Shown: positions 1-13,305 of the stretch, in pieces | Layout: the number at the start of each line of letters is the position of its first letter | Position numbering within the stretch: position 1 is the stretch's first letter | Assembly (NCBI GenBank): GCA_964016885.1 | Contig: OZ024741.1 | Location: forward strand, 80,166,001-80,230,000 | Reading direction: 5' to 3' | DNA length: 64,000 nt | Origin: Eledone cirrhosa | Lineage: Eukaryota | The notes under the pieces: generated by a model | Told to the model about the DNA's origin: nothing | Seen by the model: only the letters and a program-made list of their open reading frames with translations | Databases searched by the model: none | Translations under genes and position numbers: made by a program

Positions 1-1831
1 AGTCCTGTTGTGAAATGTCTGTGTGTTCAATTATGTAAGTCATTAGTTTCTTGTTGTGTGTATTTATTGCCGTGCATTTGTTTTTCTGGGGGTGGGGTGT
101 GGTTCTGCTATTTTCTTGTCGTTGTTGCTGGGTGTGTGTGTTTTGTTGTTGTGTTTGCGATGTTGGTGCTTGTGGTGGTGGTGTTAAAGGTGTTGTTGGC
201 GGTGGGGTTGTCGCCGGTGGTGATGGTGGTGCTAGTGTGGGTGGTGATGGTGTTGGTGTTGTTGCTGCTGTGGGTCTCTTTGCAGTAGACTTTACCCTTT
301 TCTCATTTCTTTCCGCCCTTTTCAAAGGCGACGATGCGCTGCTTCTGCGTTTGTGCCTTCTTACGACCTTTTTCCATCCCTCTCCCACCTCACACTCCAT
401 GTCTGATTCTGTGAGGTCGGGGAGGGGTACCAGCTCCACTCTTTCACTTGTTGTTGTTGGTGATGTTTGCACTGGAGTCTCTGTTGCAGCTGCATTTGGT
501 ATTGCTGTTGTTGTTGTTAATATTTCCACTGCTGCTGCTGTTTTTGATTTCCGTGGAGTGGGTATGGGTGCCACGGACCTATCGTTCCTAGTTGCCGCTT
601 GTCCTGTTGCTGGTAGCCGTGGAGCCGGATTCGGAAGGAGGGGGGTTTTCTCCTTTCTCAGGGTCTTCTCGTTGCAGAAGGCCCTGAGGTGAGTCTTCGA
701 TCCATAGCGAAAGGATTTCGGGCGTTTGCCCTCAACACTTATGGGCAGTTGAGTGCCGTTATCGAAGTCTATCACATCCGGGATAGCTTCGATGCACTCC
801 TGGTTGGTTTGGATTAGCATCTCAATGGAGGAGCCGACCCAATCTTCTCTTACTTTTTTCTGTACTTGCAGTACAGTTGTTTTGTCCTCGATTCCGACGA
901 GGACAGACGCGGCCAGCCAAGAAGGGGTCATTCCGGGGGGGACGTGGGTCAGTTTGACCCTCACAATATTTTGCCCGCAGTAGGAGGGCACCAACACCAT
1001 TTCCTCGCTCCTTAGGGTCACTACTGATTGGGCCTTTGCCTCCTGGGGTGTGGCAAAAAGTACGTCTACGGTGGCATATTTTTTGCCTCGAGTGATGTGC
1101 GTTTTCCGCTGCCACACAGACCCCAAGGCTTTTTGTATTTGGGCCTCTGTGGCTCTTTCCACCCTACGGGATTTTGTACTTACTGTACGGTACGTGACCG
1201 TACAGTGCTCTTGGGTTTCGAAAAGTTTTTCCGCTGCCTTGCAGATTGCTCGGTGTCCGTTCTTTGTCACCATCTTCTTCGCTTCCTCTAATTCCTCATT
1301 TGTTATGAGGATTGTTTCCAAGTTTTTCGCAATACCTGCAAATGAGATTGGTTTTTCTCTGCTGTTGTTGTTGTCGTCAGAGCTGCTGGTACTTTTGTTG
1401 TTGCTGCAGGTACTACGACTACTGCCTCCGCCGCTGTTGCTGTGGTTGTTGTTGGTGTTGCTGCTGCTAATGCTGTTGTTGTTTATGCTGCTGGTGATGC
1501 TGTTGCGGCTGCTACTGTTGTTTTCATTGTCACTGTTGCTGTTGTTATTACGGCTGCTACTGCTATTATTCCTGACGTCAGACGAATGAACTGGGTTTTC
1601 GTATTTCCCGCACACCTGTTTCGTCGCTGTCGTCGTCGTCGTGGAGAAACCTTGCACGCTTTGCACGAGACTTTTCTGTTCTTTCGTCGCTTGCGAAAGA
1701 GAAGGGAGGGAGAGAGACACATTTAAGGAAGGGAGGGAGAGAGACAATCTTCTCTCTGCTGTAGTGATGATTGAGGAAGAAGAAGACGGAATGAGTGGGA
1801 GTGACGTATGAAATTTCTTTTTCGTAGCCAT
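1..1831 (-). CDS. ORF1 (gag-like RNA-binding protein) of Tx1/L1-like element, 3'-partial
   Basis: Manual translation from ATG at 1831 (MATKKKFHTSLPLIP...) stays open for about 610 codons to the window edge. It is absent from the ORF track because it has no stop. Ser/Asn-rich and Pro/Thr-rich linkers and a degenerate zinc knuckle. Confidence 0.75.
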   Translation of the reverse strand, partial: MATKKKFHTSLPLIPSSSSSIITTAERRLSLSLPSLNVSLSLPSLSQATKEQKSLVQSVQGFSTTTTTATKQVCGKYENPVHSSDVRNNSSSSRNNNSNSDNENNSSSRNSITSSINNNSISSSNTNNNHSNSGGGSSRSTCSNNKSTSSSDDNNNSREKPISFAGIAKNLETILITNEELEEAKKMVTKNGHRAICKAAEKLFETQEHCTVTYRTVSTKSRRVERATEAQIQKALGSVWQRKTHITRGKKYATVDVLFATPQEAKAQSVVTLRSEEMVLVPSYCGQNIVRVKLTHVPPGMTPSWLAASVLVGIEDKTTVLQVQKKVREDWVGSSIEMLIQTNQECIEAIPDVIDFDNGTQLPISVEGKRPKSFRYGSKTHLRAFCNEKTLRKEKTPLLPNPAPRLPATGQAATRNDRSVAPIPTPRKSKTAAAVEILTTTTAIPNAAATETPVQTSPTTTSERVELVPLPDLTESDMECEVGEGWKKVVRRHKRRSSASSPLKRAERNEKRVKSTAKRPTAATTPTPSPPTLAPPSPPATTPPPTTPLTPPPQAPTSQTQQQNTHTQQQRQENSRTTPHPQKNKCTAINTHNKKLMTYIIEHTDISQQD

Positions 1832-2046
1832 GTTGTTTTTTTGTTTAAAATGAATATTGGGTACAAAACCCCAATAACTGGTTATTTAACCCCGAAGGGC
1901 CAAATAACGGACAGAAAGACCCCTCTCACGGGGAGGAGGGTGTTTTTGTCTACAAGTTGGTCTAAGTTTTAAACAATTTATAATTGTTAAAGCGTTCAAA
2001 ATTTACAGTACCTTACAGAGCCGAGCCTCCGTCAACCATAGCATTC
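1..2046 (-). mobile_element. Tx1/L1-like non-LTR retrotransposon, 5' portion (5'UTR + ORF1), continues off the window
   Basis: ORF1 is homologous to ORF1 of the element at 44742-50480 (LPISVEGKRPKSFRYGSKTHLRAFC vs INTSVEGRRPSCYHCLSRGHLRAAC; KKLMTYI vs KKLMKAI). The 5' end abuts (AAT)n at 2047. Confidence 0.75.
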
Positions 2047-2064
2047 AATAATAATAATAATAAT

Positions 2065-4217
2065 GGAGGAACGGAGGAACCACCCGAAGCAGACAATGAT
2101 CTGAATACTGAGATAAATAATACCTGGAACAGACATACGGCCACTCAGGAGATGAGTGCTGACGGGCTAGGACAAGATTCGGTTGACATCCTAAATTTAG
2201 TGGTAGATGAATTGAACAATGATAGTGGGAGACCTATGAACCTAAGATTTGTAGACAGGAAAAAGTTAAAAGAAACAACAGCTAAGGTAAACAAAGTCAT
2301 CCCATACCTTGAGGCGAGGAGCCTTCACCAGTGCAACAATATCCTCAAAGCAACAGCAAATACGGTGAGGAAACTACTTGGTATAAAAGCGAGAGGAAAC
2401 AACAGACAAGAAAGAGAAGAGCCTTGGTGGAAGAAACAACTGAGTGGTCAAATCAAGGAAATGAGAAATGACATAGGAAAGCTTGAGTCACTACTGAATG
2501 GGACACTAAAAAACATAGGCACTAAAAAGAGACTGGAAATAAAGTACAAAACTAGGAGGAAAAAGTTAAATATTATCATAGAGGAACTGAAGCAACGCAT
2601 TGTAGCAAAGAGTGCAAAAATCAGGAGATACGAGAACAGAGTCAGTCAGTATAAACAGAACCGCATGTTCGACAACAACCAGAAGATGCTGTTTGGACAG
2701 CTTGAGGGGAAAGAAAGAGGCAACGACTTGATCCCTGGGGTGGAACAAACTAAAACATTCTGGAGAGGAATATGGGAGCAGGATGTTAGACATAATGACC
2801 AGGCAGGGTGGATTGAGACAGTACAGAGGGAGATCGGTGAGCAGGCACACCAACAAACTGATTTGAGTATCACAGTTGAAACTCTCAAGGGGCAGGCTAA
2901 AAAACTAACCAACTGGAAATCACCAGGCCCAGGTGGTGTGCAGGGGTATTGGATTAAAAATATAATATCCCTCCACCCGAAACTGACAACCATGTTCAAT
3001 GACTGCTTGATGTCAGGTGAGGTACCAGAGTGGTTGACAAAAGGTACCACAGTTCTGATAATGAAAGACCGAATCAAGGGTAATGATGTTACCAACTATA
3101 GACCTATCACATGTCTGTCCGTAATGTGGAAACTGTTGACGAGCATTGTGTCTGGGGAAATCTACCATCACCTCCACACAAACAACTTGTTACCGGACGA
3201 ACAGAAAGGATGCCGAAAGAAGTCAGGTGGTACAAAGGACCAGTTACTTATTGATAAGATGGTAATGGGGAATTGCAGGAGGAGACACACTGATCTTGCC
3301 ATGGGATGGATAGACTACAGAGAGGCATTTGACATGGTGCCTCATTCTTGGATCACCAAAAGCCTGAAGATCTTCAAGGTGGCAGATAACATCAGACAGT
3401 TGCTGGGCAGGAGTATGGGGTCCTGGGAGACAGAGTTGACATCAACTGGAGAATCCTTGGGAAGCGTGAAGATCAAGAGAGGTATCTTCCAGGGAGATAG
3501 CCTGTCCCCTCTGTTGTTTGTCTTTGCCCTGATGCCCCTGACCATTATGCTGCGAAAAGTGAGAGCAGGATACAAGTTGGGAAAGGGAGAGCTTACCATC
3601 AATCACCTCCTCTTCATGGACGATCTTAAGCTCTTCGGGAAGAGTGAGAAGGAGTTGGATGTGCTTGTTGACAATTTACCACATTCTGAGAAATGGTATG
3701 AGCATAAGCCAGAGGCGGTGATGGAGAACGATCAGGTGAAGGTGCTGTGGGATTTTAGGATACAGACGGACAAGAAACTGGAACACAATAGACCTGACCT
3801 GGTGGTTGTGGACAAAGAAAAAAGATCGTGTCTGATTGTGGATGTGGCCTGCCCATTCGACACGAGAGTGCAAGAGAAGGAGAGGGAGAAAATTAACCGA
3901 TACCAGGACCTAAAGTGGGAGGTGAAAAGGATTTGGAACTGCCATGAAGTCAAAGTGATCCCGATTGTCATAGGCGCACTGGGGACTATCTCCAAAAGTT
4001 TCCAGGGATGGTTAAAGAAAATCGGTCCCTTCACGCTTTTTGGAACGCTTCAAAAGGCATGCTTGCTGGGAACAGCAAGAAACCTCCGATACGTCCTGAA
4101 TATCTGAGGCTGCAGGTAGTGGCTTGATATTCATTCCAACGGACTTTCCAGTTAACTAACATCAATGACTGAGATTCAAGGAATAACAACAATAATAATA
4201 ATAATAATAATAATAAT
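2065..4217 (+). mobile_element. R4/Dong-like RLE non-LTR retrotransposon copy 1 (5'-truncated, 945-bp internal deletion)
   Basis: ORF to 4107 has RT motifs (NYRPITCL, GIFQGDSLSPLLF, HLLFMDDLKL) fused to the RLE domain (RPDLVVVD...IVDVACP...EKINRY). Short 3'UTR and (AAT)n tail. Confidence 0.9.
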
Positions 4218-6987
4218 TGGGAGGAAACAACAGACAAGAAAGAGAAGAGCCTTGGTGGAAGAAACCTACTGAGTGGTCAAATCAGGGAAATGAGAAATGA
4301 CATAGGAAAGCTTGAGTCACTACTGAATGGGACACTAAAAAACATAGGCACTAAAAAGAGACTGGAAATAAAGTACAAAACTAGGAGGAAAAAGCTAAAT
4401 ATTATCATAGAGGAACTGAAGCAACGCATTGTAGCAAAGAGTGCAAAAATCAGGCGATACGAGAACAGAGTCAGTCAGTATAAACAGAACCGCATGTTCG
4501 ACAACAACCAGAAGATGCTGTTTGGACAGCTTGAGGGGAAAGAAAGAGGCAACGACTTGATCCCTGGGGTGGAACAAACTAAAACATTCTGGAGAGGAAT
4601 ATGGGAGCAGGATGTTAGACATAATGACCAGGCAGGGTGGATTGAGACAGTACAGAGGGAGATCGGTGAGCAGGTACACCAATAAACTGATTTGAGTATC
4701 ACAGTTGAAACTCTCAAGGGGCAGGCCAAAAAACTAACCAACTGGAAATCACCAGGCCCAGATGGTGTGCAGGGGTATTGGATTAAAAATATAACATCCC
4801 TCCACCTGAAACTTACAACCATGTTCAATGACTGCTTGATGTCAGGTGAGGTACCAGAGTGGTTGACAAAAGGTACCACAGTTCTGATAATGAAAGACCG
4901 AATCAAGGGTAATGATGTTACCAACTATAGACCTATCACATGTCTGTCCGTAATGTGGAAACTGTTGACGAGCATTGTGTCTGGGGAAATCTACCATCAC
5001 CTCCACACAAACAACTTGTTACCGGACGAACAGAAAGGATGCCGAAAGAAGTCACGTGGTACAAAGGACCAGTTACTTATTGATAAGATGGTAATGGGGA
5101 ATTGCAGGAGGAGACACACTGATCTTGCCATGGGATGGATAGACTACAGAAAGGCATGGTGTCTCATTCTTGGATCACCAAAAGCCTGGAGATCTTCAAG
5201 GTGGCAGATAACATCAGACAGTTGTTGGGCAAGAGTATGAGGTGCTGGGAAACAGAGTTGACATCAACTGGAGAATCCTTGGGAAGCGTGAAGATCAAGA
5301 GAGGTATCTTCCAGGGAGATAGCCTGTCCCCTCTGTTGTTTGTCCTTGCCCTGATGCCCCTGACCAGTGTACTGCGAAAAGTGAGAGCAGGATACGGGTT
5401 GGGAAAGAAGGGCTTACCATCAATCACCTCCTCTTCATGGACGATCTTAAGCTCTTCGGGAAGAGTGAGAAGGAGTTGGATGTGCTTGTTGACACTGTCC
5501 GTATTTTCAGCAGTGATATATGTATGCAATTTGGTATTAGTAAGTGTGGAGTCATTGTGATGAGGAGGGGTAGGTTGAGCAGAAGTAACGGAATCCAGAT
5601 ACCAACAGGTGAGATGATAAAGGAAATTGACTCTGAGGAAGGATACAAGTATTTGGGCGTTTTGGAGGCTGATGGCATAAAGAACAAAAAAATGAAGGAA
5701 TTGTTAAGAAATGAATACATTCGGAGAATAAGGAGCGTATTGAAGTCACATCTAAACAGCAGAAATGCCATAAGCGCAGTAAATTCCCGAGCTGTGTCTA
5801 TTATTAGGTACAGTGCGGGAACTCTGAGATGGAATGTTGCTGAACAAAAAGAAATGGATAGGAAGACTAGGAAGCTATTGACTATCTACAACATGTTCCA
5901 CGAGAGGAGTGATGTCGATAGACTCTACCTAAGGAGATCTGAGGGTGGAAGAGGTCTTATCAGCATAGAGGACTGTGTTCAGATGGAGAAAAACAACCTA
6001 TACAAATACGTGACTGATAGTAAGGAGCCAATGCTCAGAACTGTACTGAAGGAGGGGACAGTAGGCCAGGGGATGTCCAAGGAGGAAATAACATCAAGGA
6101 GAAAGAGCAGCCTTCAGGGAAAATCCCTTCATAGTACCTTCTTTGAGAAAACTGAATTTAGAGATCCACAGACATGGAACTGGTTGAGAAGAGGAGACCT
6201 TAAAAAGGCTACAGAAGGAATTTTAATGGCTGCGCAGGAGCAGGCCCTCAAAACGAAGTGGTTGAAACACCATATTCACAAGGAGGAGGCTAGCCCACTG
6301 TGCAGGATCTGTGGAGAGAGAGAGGAGACTGTGGCTCACATTGTATCCGAGTGTAAACACCTAGCCCAGACCCACTATAAGGGCTGGAGACATGATGTGA
6401 TGGGCAGGGTGATCCACTGGCACCTGTGCAAAGTAAACAATTTACCACATTCTGAGAAATGGTATGAGCATAAGCCAGAGGCGGTGATGGAGAACGATCA
6501 GGTGAAGGTGCTGTGGGATTTTAGGATACAGACGGACAAGAAACTGGAACACAATAGACCTGACCTGGTGGTTGTGGACAAAGAAAAAAAGATCGTGTCT
6601 GATTGTGGATGTGGCCTGCCCATTCGACACGAGAGTGCAAGAGAAGGAGAGGGAGAAAATTAACCGATACCAGGACTTAAAGTGGGAGGTAGAAAGGATT
6701 TGGAACTGCCATGAAGTCAAAGTGATCCCGATTGTCATAGGCGCACTGGGGACTATCTCCAAAAGTTTCCAGGGATGGTTAAAGAAAATCGGCCCCGTCA
6801 CGCTTTTTGGAACGCTTCAAAAGGCATGCTTGCTGGGAACAGCAAGAACCCTCCGATACGTCCTGAATATCTGAGGCTGCAGGTAGTGGCTTGATATTCA
6901 TTCCAACGGACTTTCCAATTAACTAACATCAATGACTGAGATTCAAGGAATAATAATAATAATAATAACAATAATAATAATAATAAT
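4218..6987 (+). mobile_element. R4/Dong-like element copy 2 (5'-truncated, frameshifted)
   Basis: Near-identical to copy 1. Retains RT, CCHC (CRICGEREETVAHIVSEC), RHD and RLE motifs. Stop at 4683-4685 plus frameshifts. (AAT)n tail. Confidence 0.9.
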
Positions 6988-7574
6988 CAGACCCACTATA
7001 AGGGCTGGAGACACGATGTGATGGGCAGGGTGATCCACTGGCACCTGTGCAAAGTAAACAATTTACCACATTCTGAGAAATGGTATGAGCATAGGCCAGA
7101 GGCGGTGATGGAGAACAATCAGGTGAAGGTGCTGTGGGATTTTAGGATACAGACGGACAAAAAACTGGAACACAATAGACCTGACCTGGTGGTTGTGAAC
7201 AAAGAAAAAAGATCGTGCCTGATTGTGGATGTGGCCTGCCCGTTCGACACGAGAGTGCAAGAGAAGGAGAGGGAGAAAATTAACCGATACCAGGACTTAA
7301 AGTGGGAGGTGAAAAGGATTTGGAACTGCCATGAAGTCAAAGTGATCCCGATTGTCATAGGCGCACTGGGGACTATCTCCAAAGGTTTCCAGGGATGGTT
7401 AAAGAAAATCGGCCCCTTCACGCTTTTTGGAACGCTTCAAAAGGCATGCTTGCTTGGAACAGCAAGAACCCTCCGATACGTCCTGAATATCTGAGGCTGC
7501 AGGTAGTGGCTTGATATTCAATCCAACGGACTTTCCAGTTAACCAACATCAATGACTGAGATTCAAGGAATAAC

Positions 7575-7616
<42 letters not shown>
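6988..7616 (+). mobile_element. R4/Dong-like element copy 3 (short 3' fragment)
   Basis: RHD-RLE coding end to 7494, the same 3'UTR, and an (AAT)n tail followed by (AAG)n. Confidence 0.9.
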
Positions 7617-7646
<30 letters not shown>

Positions 7647-7653
7647 AAGAAGA

Positions 7654-9093
7654 ATGTGGTATGCAGTTTGGTATTGGTAAATGTGGAGTCATTGTGATGA
7701 GGAGGGGTAGGTTGAGCAGAAGTAACGGGATCCAGATACCAACAGGTGAGATGATAAAGGAAATTGACTCTGAGGAAGGATACAAGTATTTGGGCGTTCT
7801 GGAGGCTGATGGCATAAAGAACAAAAAAATGAAGGAATTGTTAAGAACTGAATACATTCGGAGAATAAGGAGCGTATTGAAGTCACATCTGAACAGCAGA
7901 AATGCCATACGCGCAGTAAATTCCCGAGCTGTGTCTATTATTAGGTACAGTGCGGGAATTCTGAGATGGAATGTTGCTGAACAAAAAGAAATGGATAGGA
8001 AGACTAGGAAGCTATTGACTATCTACAACATGTTCCACAAGAGGAGTGATGTCGATAGACTCTACCTAAGGAGATCTGAGGGTGGAAGAGGTCTTATCAG
8101 CATAGAGGACTGTGTTCAGATGGAGAAAAACAACCTATACAAATACGTGACCTATAGTAAGGAGCCAATGCTCAGAACTGTACTGAAGGAGGGGACAGTA
8201 GGCCAGGGGATGTCCAAGGAGGAAATAACATCAAGGAGGAAGAGCAGCCTTAAGGGAAAATCCCTTCATAGTACCTTCTTTGAGAAAACTGAATTTACAG
8301 ATCCACAGACATGGAACTGGTTGAGAAGAGGAGACCTCAAAAAGGCTACAGAAGGAATGCTAATGGCTGCGCAGGAGCAGGCCCTCAAAACGAAGTGGTT
8401 GAAGCACCATATTTACAAGGAGGAGGCTAGCCCACTGTGCAGGATCTGTGGAGAGAGAGAGGAGACTGTGGCTCACATTGTGTCCGAGTGTAAACACCTA
8501 GCCCAGACCCACTATAAGGGCTGGAGACACGATGTGATGGGCAGGGTGATCCACTGGCACCTGTGCAAAGTAAACAATTTACCACATTCTGAGAAATGGT
8601 ATGAGCATAAGCCAGAGGCGGTGATGGAGAACGATCAGGTGAAGGTGCTGTGGGATTTTAGGATACAGACGGACAAAAAACTGGAACACAATAGACCTGA
8701 CCTGGTGGTTGTGAACAAAGAAAAAAGATCGTGCCTGATTGTGGATGTGGCCTGCCCGTTCGACACGAGAGTGCAAGAGAAGGAGAGGGAGAAAATTAAC
8801 CGATACCAGGACCTAAAGTGGGAGGTGAAAAGGATTTGGAACTGCCATGAAGTCAAAGTGATCCCGATTGTCATAGGCGCACTGGGGACTATCTCCAAAA
8901 GTTTCCAGGGATGGTTAAAGAAAATCGGCCCCTTCACGCTTTTTGGAACGCTTCAAAAGGCATGCTTGCTTGGAACAGCAAGAACCCTCCGATACGTCCT
9001 GAATATCTGAGGCTGCAGGTAGTGGCTTGATATTCAATCCAACGGACTTTCCAGTTAACCAACATCAATGACTGAGATTCAAGGAATAACAAC

Positions 9094-9123
<30 letters not shown>
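7654..9123 (+). mobile_element. R4/Dong-like element copy 4 (5'-truncated; thumb, CCHC and RLE intact)
   Basis: ORF 7661-9010 with KYLG, CCHC, RHD and PD..D..K motifs; the same 3'UTR and an (AAT)n tail. Confidence 0.9.
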
Positions 9124-9125
<2 letters not shown>

Positions 9126-9478
9126 TTTCTTCATTGGCCACAAGGGCTGACATCAAGAAAAACATTACAGACGGCACAGGACGGTACAGGACGGTTCGAT
9201 GTCGGTTTTGTACGTGTAGAGAAATTTATTATTTATATAAAAAAGGAAAAAAAAAGACATAGAAACATATATATATATATATATATAAACAATAAAAATG
9301 AAAATTGAAACAATGAAAAATTCCACAACAGGGTGGGGGGAAACCTCCGTGGGTTACTCGTGGAGAAAACCACACAAAAGACCGCGGCCACCCTGACCAC
9401 CAGACCACAAGGGATTTTTGGAAGTTACCCATAGGCCCTGGGCTGAAAGTTCTCCGGAAGAGAGCAAACAGCTCATCT
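9124..9478 (-). mobile_element. Tx1/L1-like 3' fragment with internal deletion
   Basis: Encodes DELFALFRRTFSPGPMGNFQKSL, matching DELASLFGRTFGPGPMDNFQKSL in ORF2 at 44981-47065. The 3' end CCCTTGTGGCCAATGAAGAAA resembles the other Tx1 ends and abuts (TTA)n. Confidence 0.7.
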
Positions 9479-9679
9479 TTTTTTGCAAAGTCTATACAAA
9501 TCCACATTTCTACTCCGATTGACTTCAAACTTGCATTTATATATTCCTTGCGGTCTAACGATACTAACTGCAGCTTTTATTTTTCAATTTTCTGTTGTTA
9601 AAGGGGTGTTATCGATCTCCATCGAGCCCTTATAATATCTGTCTGTCTGCATAACGACATTCTGACGAACACGTCATTG

Positions 9680-9714
<35 letters not shown>

Positions 9715-10186
9715 ACACCACACACACACACACTCACACACACACACATATACATATACATATACATCTAAAGAGAGAAAGGGAGATGTAGAGAGAGAGA
9801 TAGGCCGTTATACAGAGAGAGGTACAAGATATCCAGATGGAGAGAGAGAATGGCGACGAACGCTGGTTCACACACACACACAAACACATATATATATATA
9901 AAGACAGAGAGAGAGGGAGGGAGAGAGATCTGTGCGTTCTTTATTGTTCTCCATTCTGTAGAGGAAGAGTGAGAGAGAGAGGGTATGAGAAAAAAGGGAG
10001 AGAGGGGTTGAAAAAGAAAGAAAGAGAGTGAGGAACTTTAACTTTTATTTATTTATCTATTCTTTACACCGTTCAACTCTCCCTTTTCCTCAACCTTACG
10101 TCTCTTTCTTTCTTTCATACAAGACGTACTGTGACTGTATGTGTTACATATATTTATGTCCGCACACACACACGCACACAAAAGAC

Positions 10187-10243
<57 letters not shown>

Positions 10244-10244
10244 T

Positions 10245-10288
<44 letters not shown>

Positions 10289-10289
<1 letters not shown>

Positions 10290-10670
10290 TTCTTTATTAG
10301 CCACAGGGGCACAAAAGAAGGGGACAAGTACAAAGGGGGAAGTTTACATACAATAAAAACGTGTAAAATGTTATCACAAATGGAATTTAAAAAGTTAGTC
10401 GATTTTCCCCAATAGAGGGAGACAGTTTATATGGGTAACACATACCCCCGAAAAAAATGTGCAACCCTCATCTCCAGGAGTACGAAGAGTTTGTACTCCT
10501 TTCCTCTCCTCCTCCTTTTCCTCAACCTACAGGCTGATATAGAGAGAAGGCCCATTCACTCGGGCCATTCTCGCCACTTTCACCCACCTTTCATAAAACT
10601 TGCTGGGGTACAGCACCTCTCTCTCCATCCTGATTCTTCTTCCAAAGTGGTATTTGAAAAAAAAATTTCA
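10289..10670 (-). mobile_element. Tx1/L1-like 3' end fragment
   Basis: Clearly similar to 44742-45120 (e.g. CTACAGGCTGATATAGAGAGAAGGCCCATTCACTCGGGCCATTCTCGC). Minus-strand end GGCTAATAAAGAAA runs into (TA)n. Confidence 0.85.
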
Positions 10671-10829
10671 TAAAACTTGACACATGGGCTACGTTTGAGG
10701 CCACTGGTAAATGAAATAATTATATATATATATATAGTTATGTAATAAACAACATAAGATATACAACAAGATAATTATTTCATTTACCAGTGGCCTCAAA
10801 CGTAGCCCATGTGTCAAGTTTTATGAAAA
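10666..10829. repeat. ~58-bp perfect inverted repeat
   Basis: TTTCATAAAACTTGACACATGGGCTACG...GAAATAATTAT at 10666-10723 is mirrored at 10771-10828. A related partial copy lies at 11912-11959. Confidence 0.85.
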
Positions 10830-11512
10830 TCGGTTGCTCCAGAAGTTATGACGTTTTGTAGCATTGCACTGCTTCCAAGAAAGCGGTGAAAGGGGGTTAT
10901 CTGCCGGGAATCCCTATAATCAATATCTGGAAAAATGAAAGTGTCCATGACCATCCGGAGTACATAAGTAACCTATGTCTTAAGTTTGGTGAAAATGCTG
11001 TAGAAATGCATAAGGTTTACACACACGCGCGCGCGCGTGTGTGTGTTTGTGTGTGTGTATGTATTTGTGTGTGCGTATGTATATGTATGTGTATGTCCGT
11101 CGGCGCATACGTATGTACTGGCCTAAATCTTCACTATTTACTTTTACTATTTTAATAACCCCTGTCATTTTCGTTTACAATTTTATTTACATCATTCGTA
11201 AAATCTGGTGCTGGAAATCATTCGGTTATTTTAAATAGAACATTAGTCTAACAACTCCATTTATACCATAAACTTGTCTTTGCATGAAATTGTTCTTCTC
11301 GATCCACATAACGACGTATTATCCTCGCTTGTTTTCCGATCATTGCCAGGGAACGTCTTCACGAACCAAAATATCGTCTTCCTGTTTTCCTTCGGTTGCA
11401 ATGTTTCTCGAAATATTTACTTCTGCGTTCACAGATTCAATTTTTTAGTTTCAGAAGATCCCATTAATGTTGAAAGCAGCGATTCTTTGCTTAAACTTTA
11501 ATCTGTTCTCAT

Positions 11513-11568
<56 letters not shown>

Positions 11569-11700
11569 ACACTTATACCTTAACACTTCACACAAAGTAA
11601 AACATTTCGTTTTAATCATTTTCTAACCCAGAAAAAAAGAGAGAAACAAAAAAGGAAAAAAATATTTTTTTCTTCATAATAATCGTCTCTTTCTCCCTGT

Positions 11701-11851
<151 letters not shown>

Positions 11852-12159
11852 AAGTAATTCCGTCGAAAAAGTCCAGAAAAAAAGAGGGCTCTATGTAAGT
11901 AACAGAGCTTAATAGTTATGTAATAAACAAGATCAGATAATTATTTCATTTACCAGTGGTTTCTTGAAAGCAAAAGAAATTTGCTTTCAGTCAACAGAAT
12001 GAAAAATCCTGGTGTATTTATTGACTGGATTTTAAAAACAAAAATATAATCTATATGAAAGTGAGGCTGGAAAAGGAAACAGAATAATTATAAAAGTAGA
12101 TAAACACACATACTCACACACACATATACATACACATATATACATATATACATATATAT

Positions 12160-12246
<87 letters not shown>

Positions 12247-13035
12247 TATACATATATATACATATACATATATAAACACACACATATAATCATACATATA
12301 TACACACGTATATATACACACATACATACACATATATACACGCATACATACGCACACACATATATAGATATATGTACACACACCTACATACGCACACACA
12401 CAATTAATTATAAGAAAAAATAATAATAAAAAATAAATAAAAATAAAAATAAAAGACAATGGACAACCATATTTGCAAAAGGCCGTCACATCAAAATAAA
12501 AATAAAAAATAAAAAATATACGACTTAAGAAAATAAAAATAAAAATTATTATAAAGTTGACAGCGATACAGGAAAGGACACAAATAAATAAACACACGTG
12601 GTAAGCAATACACACATTTACACATACACATACATACATATAAATATATACATACACACACACACACATATACACACACATATACACATATATATATATA
12701 TATATATATACATACATATATACACACACATACATATATACACACACATACACACATACATACATATATATATATTTATATATATATATATATAAGAAAA
12801 TACATAAATATTATATATAAAAATAAAAAGGTGGAAGGGGTAAACAAATAGTTGGGAATACGACAAATAATAAATAAATAAATAAATAGATAAAGGTATA
12901 AATGTTTATAGCTGATTCAGAGCACTCAACAAATTCCTAGAGCAAATAATCAATGAAAATAAACATTAAATCACTTTGTATGTAATTATGCATACAGATA
13001 TATATAAAATTATATACACACACATATATACAGAT

Positions 13036-13092
<57 letters not shown>

Positions 13093-13305
13093 ACACATAC
13101 ACACACACAGAAATAAATATCTATAAATAAAAAGGTGGGTATGTAAAGGGTAAGGTAGAAAGTAGAGGGAATAAGGAAAATAAATAACAGGAAAAGGTTT
13201 AAATATAAGGGGAGATAAGGGAGAAAAAGAATATAAGAGTACGGAAAGTGAGTTCAGAGAGTAATAAAAATCGTAGTGGATGTAAGGCGTAGAGGGCAGA
13301 GAAGT

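Noticed and set aside
10-1726. Hydrophobic plus-strand ORFs resembling membrane proteins
   Set aside because: Antisense shadows of the low-complexity minus-strand ORF1.
11274-11500. Possible host exon or APE remnant (RIAAFNING on the minus strand)
   Set aside because: Stops in the frames tried and only one weak motif.
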